A stretch of DNA of 64,000 nucleotides, taken from an uncultured Planctomycetota bacterium. GTDB lineage: Bacteria > Planctomycetota > PLA2 > JAEUHO01. Of the stretch, positions 59,914 through 64,000 are shown in pieces. Location of the stretch: contig CAVVXN010000003.1 in NCBI GenBank assembly GCA_963752285.1, forward strand, positions 288,001 to 352,000, read 5' to 3'. A program made the position numbers and the translations under genes. A model generated the notes under the pieces. That model had not been told where the DNA came from, did not search any database, and was given only the letters and a program-made list of their open reading frames with translations. Numbering within the stretch: position 1 is the stretch's first letter; each line of letters begins with the position of its first letter.

Positions 59914-59937
59914 TCGCCGGGCGGGTACCCTTCGGGA

Positions 59938-61182
59938 ATGCGGCTCGAAGGACCCGGCGGCGCGTGCTGGCTCGGCTACGGGATGAACGTGCACCCGGGC
60001 GGCGGCGTGGAGACGACGGTTCGGGCGCTCGACGACACCGCGACACCGCTCCGCGAGGCCCTCGGCCACACGGGGCCCTTCGGGCTCGGGCTCCGCCTCG
60101 ACGGCGCGGCCGTGACGAGGCTCCACGGCGACGCCGCGCTCCGCGCGGACCTCCGCGACCGGTTGGCGGGGGGCGGCTTCGTGCCGTTCACCGCGAACGG
60201 GTTCGTGGTGGGCGACTTCCACGGGCGCGCCCTGAAGGCGGAGGTCTACCGCCCGTCCTGGCGCGAGCCGGCGCGCCTCGCGTACACGACGGCGCTCGCC
60301 GAGGTGATGGCGGACCTCGCCGGCGCCGCGGGGCTCTCCCGCGTGTCGATCTCGACCTCGCCCCTGGCGTGGCGGGCGGGGACCGACGCCGAGCCCGAGA
60401 CGCGCGAGGGCGCCGCCGCGCTCGCGCGGGCCGCGCGGGGCCTCGTACGACTCCGGGAGGCGACCGGGGTCCGGGTCGCCCTCGCGATCGAGCCCGAGCC
60501 GGGCTGTCTCCTCGAACGGACCGCGGACCTGGTCCGGTTCTTCGAGGGCCCGCTCGCCGAGGCGCTCGGCGACGACGCCGAGGCGAGGTCGCACCTGGGC
60601 GCCTGCTTCGACGTGTGCCACCAGGCCGTGATGCAGGAGGACGCCCGCGCGTCGCTCGACGCCCTCGGCCGCGCGGGGATCGCCGTCGAGAAGCTGCAGG
60701 CGTCCGCGGCGCTCGAGGTCCGGGCGCCCGAGGACCCGGGGCGACGCCGCGCGCTCCTCGCGTTCGACGAGCCCGTGTACCTCCACCAGGTCGGCGCACG
60801 GGGGGACGACGGCCTCGCCCGCCTCGCCGTGGACCTCGGCCCGGCGTACGAGGACGGTTCGCCCGTGCGCGGTCTCGACCCCTGGCGCGTCCACTTCCAC
60901 GTACCGGTGTTCCGGGACGAGCTCGCGGGCGGCCTTCGCACGACCCGGCGGGTCCTCGACGAGGCCCTCCGACACGTCGCCTCGGGCGGCGTCACCGAGC
61001 ACGTCGAGATCGAGACGTACGCGTTCTTCGTCCTGCCCGAGTCCGAGCGCGACGCCTCGGGCCGCGCCCTCGTGGAGGCGCTCCGCCGCGAGTACGAGCA
61101 CGTGCTCGGCGTCCTCGCGTCCGCGGGCTCGACCGTCGTCGCCCGCGAGGCCGCGGAAGGCGGCCCGGGGAGGCCGGCTTGA
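59938..61182 (+). CDS. eboE: EboE-family TIM-barrel protein
   Basis: LGYGMNVHPG, FGLGLRL, NGF..GDFH...K..VY.P.W, EPEPGC.LE, CFDVCHQAV, YLHQ, WRVHFHVP and EIETY motifs. Confidence 0.88.
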   Translation: MRLEGPGGACWLGYGMNVHPGGGVETTVRALDDTATPLREALGHTGPFGLGLRLDGAAVTRLHGDAALRADLRDRLAGGGFVPFTANGFVVGDFHGRALKAEVYRPSWREPARLAYTTALAEVMADLAGAAGLSRVSISTSPLAWRAGTDAEPETREGAAALARAARGLVRLREATGVRVALAIEPEPGCLLERTADLVRFFEGPLAEALGDDAEARSHLGACFDVCHQAVMQEDARASLDALGRAGIAVEKLQASAALEVRAPEDPGRRRALLAFDEPVYLHQVGARGDDGLARLAVDLGPAYEDGSPVRGLDPWRVHFHVPVFRDELAGGLRTTRRVLDEALRHVASGGVTEHVEIETYAFFVLPESERDASGRALVEALRREYEHVLGVLASAGSTVVAREAAEGGPGRPA

Positions 61183-61694
61183 CCCATCCCGCGCTCCTCG
61201 TCGTCGTGAGCGACCGCGCCGCGGCCGGGACGCGCCCCGACCGGACCGCCGACCTGCTCGCGCCGGTGATGGCCCGCGCGGGGTTCGCGCTCCTCGAGAC
61301 GCGGGTCGTCCCCGACGAGGTGGACGCGATCTCGGCCGCCCTGGTGGAGGGGTGCCTCCGCGCGCGGCTCGTGCTGACCACCGGAGGCACGGGCGTCGCG
61401 CCCCGAGACGTGACCCCGGAGGCCACCCGCGCGATCCTGGACCTGGAGGTCCCGGGTCTCGGCGAAGAGATGCGGAGGGCGAGCCTCGGAACGACCCCGA
61501 AGGCGATCGGGAGCCGGGCCCTCGGGGGGGTTCGCGGCCGGGCGGTCGTCCTCAACCTGCCGGGCCGGCCCGAGGGCGCCGTCGAGTGCTTCGAGGCGGT
61601 GGCCGGCGCGCTCGGGCACCTGGTGGCGCTCCGAGGCGGTCCGGTCCCCGACGACGCCCACGGTCCGGGGGGAGGGGCCCCCGGGCCGGCGTGA
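61179..61694 (+). CDS. MogA/MoaB molybdopterin adenylyltransferase family
   Basis: VSDR..G.R.D, VVPDE, TTGGTGVAPRDVTPEAT, SR..GG and NLPG.P motifs. TTG start overlapping the eboE stop. Confidence 0.92.
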   Translation: MTHPALLVVVSDRAAAGTRPDRTADLLAPVMARAGFALLETRVVPDEVDAISAALVEGCLRARLVLTTGGTGVAPRDVTPEATRAILDLEVPGLGEEMRRASLGTTPKAIGSRALGGVRGRAVVLNLPGRPEGAVECFEAVAGALGHLVALRGGPVPDDAHGPGGGAPGPA

Positions 61695-61771
61695 GGCCCG
61701 GAGGGGTGGGGGCGAGGCGGCGGGCGTCCGCTTCGCCGTACCATGTCGTCCCGCCGTGGAGGTCCCCCTCG

Positions 61772-63601
61772 ATGTGGTGTCGCCGACTCTGTCCGCGCTG
61801 GCTGGTCCTCAGCTCGCTGCTGCTCCTGGTCGCCGCGTGCGGGGTGGGGTCGGTCGAGGAGGACTCGTTCGTCTTCGGCGTGATGGGCCCCGAGGGCGGC
61901 GTGATCGACACGGGCGGCCTCCACCTCGTGATCCCGGCCGGCGCGCTCGCGGGCCCGACGAACGTGAGCGTCCTGCCCGAGACCACGCCCTACCCGATCC
62001 TCGCGCCGGCGAACGACCCGTGCACGTACCAGATCCTCGGCTCCCAGTGGTGCTGCGGGCCCCGCGGCCTCCCGCTCCTCGTGAACGGCTCGCTCGTCGT
62101 CCACTACGACCCGGCGCTCCTCCCCCCGGGGGTGACCGAGGACGACCTCGTCCTCCTGCTCTGGGACGAGGCGACGCTCTCCCTCGTGCCGGACCCGAAC
62201 GCCATCGTGGACGGGACCTCGAACACGATCTTCCTGTCCCAGCTCCCGCTCCTCGGCCACCTCGCCGTGGGCTACCGGACCTGCCAGGTGGTGACGACGC
62301 GCTTCGTGTTCACGGGCGTGCTCGCGACCGGCAGCCACGCGCTGCGGACCGGGCTCGCCCCGGTCGGCCAGGAGGGGCTCTACCAGGCGACCGTGGACGG
62401 CAGCGAGGCGCCCGTCCTGCTGTCGACCCCGTCCCTCCCGCCGGTGTTCCAGCCGTCGCCGGACGGGACCCGGGTGCTCTTCGAGGGCGAGGGCATCGTC
62501 GGTGGGGCGGACTTCCCCTCCCTCCAGCTCTACACGGTCGCCGCGGGCGACACCGACCCCCTTCTCGTGGCCGGCGAGAACGAGGATCTCGTTTCCTACG
62601 ACCCGCTCCACGGGTGGATGCGCGACGGCCAGCGCGTGTTCTTCCAGGAGTTCATCCTCGGCGGGCAGTCCGCGGGCGTGAGCAGCGACCCCGACCGCAC
62701 GGTCTTCGGCACGGTTCCCGGCGACCAGGTGGCGACCCCGACCGAGCTCTACGAGATCGGCGCGTACCCCTACGTGTACGACGTGCGCCAGTCGCCCGAC
62801 GGCTCGATGGTGCTCATCGTGTACTTCGACCAGTCCGAGTCCACGTACGTGGACGTGTTCGACGCGGTCACCGGCGACCCGATCTCCCAGGGCGTGATCC
62901 CCGTCGGCGGCGGCCAGTCCACGCCGCGGTGGCTCCCGGACTCGAGCGGCGTGTACGTGATCGACGAGGAGACGCAGGCCGAGGTGGACCGGTACGACCC
63001 GGACGGATCGAACCCGGGCGTGCTCTTCGACCTGCCGCCGGGCCAGGGCAGCCTGAAGGACTTCGCCCTGGCGCCGAACGGCGACGACTACGCGTACATC
63101 GCCGACCTCGTGCTGGCGGTAGAGGCGGGTCCCGACGCGGCCGTGATCGGGCAGCAGGGCGGGGGCGACGGGCTCTACGTCGGCTCCCTCTCCGGCGGTC
63201 CTCGGGGTGTCCAGGACCTCGGGACGAGCACGTACTACGACGAGCTGGTCTTCCACCCCGACGGCCAGAACGTCTTCCTCTCTTCCTACGACCTCGGGTG
63301 CGAGATCTTTGGCGCGAGCGACGCGACGCCCGGCCCCGTGCTCCCCGTGAACGGGATCAGCCAGGTGGACGTGAACAGCCTCGACGGCCGGTTGCTCCTC
63401 GTGACCGGACCGTACCTCGGGCGGGGCGACGCGACGCTGCCCACGGCGCAGACCGCGCCGGGCGGCCTCTACGTCGCCGACTCGGACGGCTCGAACCAGA
63501 CGCCCGTGAACCTGCCCTCCGACCTCCAGGTCGTGGATGCGCGGTGGCTCCACTCGACGCGGACCGCGCCGTGCATGGGGTACGTGAACCTGGTCCGCTG
63601 A
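61772..63601 (+). CDS. Lipoprotein with ZU5-like N-domain and TolB-like beta-propeller repeats
   Basis: Lipobox VAAC, GPEGG.I..GGL.L.IPAGAL, and repeated SPDG/WLPDS/FHPDG motifs. Confidence 0.75.
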   Translation: MWCRRLCPRWLVLSSLLLLVAACGVGSVEEDSFVFGVMGPEGGVIDTGGLHLVIPAGALAGPTNVSVLPETTPYPILAPANDPCTYQILGSQWCCGPRGLPLLVNGSLVVHYDPALLPPGVTEDDLVLLLWDEATLSLVPDPNAIVDGTSNTIFLSQLPLLGHLAVGYRTCQVVTTRFVFTGVLATGSHALRTGLAPVGQEGLYQATVDGSEAPVLLSTPSLPPVFQPSPDGTRVLFEGEGIVGGADFPSLQLYTVAAGDTDPLLVAGENEDLVSYDPLHGWMRDGQRVFFQEFILGGQSAGVSSDPDRTVFGTVPGDQVATPTELYEIGAYPYVYDVRQSPDGSMVLIVYFDQSESTYVDVFDAVTGDPISQGVIPVGGGQSTPRWLPDSSGVYVIDEETQAEVDRYDPDGSNPGVLFDLPPGQGSLKDFALAPNGDDYAYIADLVLAVEAGPDAAVIGQQGGGDGLYVGSLSGGPRGVQDLGTSTYYDELVFHPDGQNVFLSSYDLGCEIFGASDATPGPVLPVNGISQVDVNSLDGRLLLVTGPYLGRGDATLPTAQTAPGGLYVADSDGSNQTPVNLPSDLQVVDARWLHSTRTAPCMGYVNLVR

Positions 63602-63622
63602 TCTTCGCGAGAGGCCGAGCCG

Positions 63623-64000
63623 ATGACCGCTCCCGACCCCGGCGCCGTGGCCCGCGAGACCCCGGCCGCGCCCGCCGCGGGCGACCGGCCTCGGGCGCGC
63701 CCGCGACGCGCCGAGCCCGCGCGGCCCTACGCGCCGCGCCACGCGCTGCGCTTCGTCACGGCGGCCTCGCTCTTCGACGGGCACGACGCGGCGATCAACA
63801 TCATGCGACGGATCCTGCAGGACTCCGGCGTGGAGGTCGTGCACCTCGGCCACAACCGCTCGGTCCACGAGATCGTGGAGGCGGCGATCGAGGAGGACGC
63901 GCAGGCGATCGCGATCTCCTCCTACCAGGGCGGCCACATCGAGTTCTTCCGCTACGCGAAGGACCTGCTGCGGGAGCGGGGCGCCTCGCACGTGAAGATC
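63623..64000 (+). CDS. icmF: Fused isobutyryl-CoA mutase/GTPase IcmF, N-terminal B12-binding domain (partial)
   Basis: [38 protein letters not shown]...SSYQGGH.EFF. Runs off the window end. Confidence 0.9.
   Translation, partial: MTAPDPGAVARETPAAPAAGDRPRARPRRAEPARPYAPRHALRFVTAASLFDGHDAAINIMRRILQDSGVEVVHLGHNRSVHEIVEAAIEEDAQAIAISSYQGGHIEFFRYAKDLLRERGASHVKI

Noticed and set aside
1..64000. Mobile elements, prophage, defence systems, tRNA or rRNA
   Set aside because: No transposase, integrase, phage, nuclease or RNA-gene signatures were recognised, and composition looks uniform.

Overview
Very GC-rich (about 75% by eye), gene-dense bacterial chromosomal segment with about 50 CDSs. The gene content (HEAT+vWA, DUF1573-like, FGE-sulfatase, carboxypeptidase-regulatory repeat and large secreted hydrolase proteins) suggests Planctomycetota, but this is inference. 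I saw no rRNA, tRNA, CRISPR array, transposase or integrase. Recognisable genes include lysC, rsmB, cysS, coaB, aguA/aguB, tandem-domain thyX, class II nrdJ with two NrdR boxes, eboE, a mog/moaB-family gene, the 5' part of icmF, a frameshifted Tex-like gene and a SufS-like/IscU-like pair. The most striking feature is a 78-aa bacterial histone-fold gene (49093-49329, minus) with a Lys/Arg-rich N-terminal tail. It has its own strong RBS and terminator and is divergent from the thyX-nrdJ dNTP-supply locus, which also holds a 27-bp palindromic tandem repeat. Other oddities are a candidate structured RNA upstream of lysC, a GGA-rich leader repeat, two probable CTG starts and an internal RBS before a receiver domain. 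All calls come from motif recognition by eye and no searches were run. Most long ORFs in the supplied track are GC-driven shadow frames.
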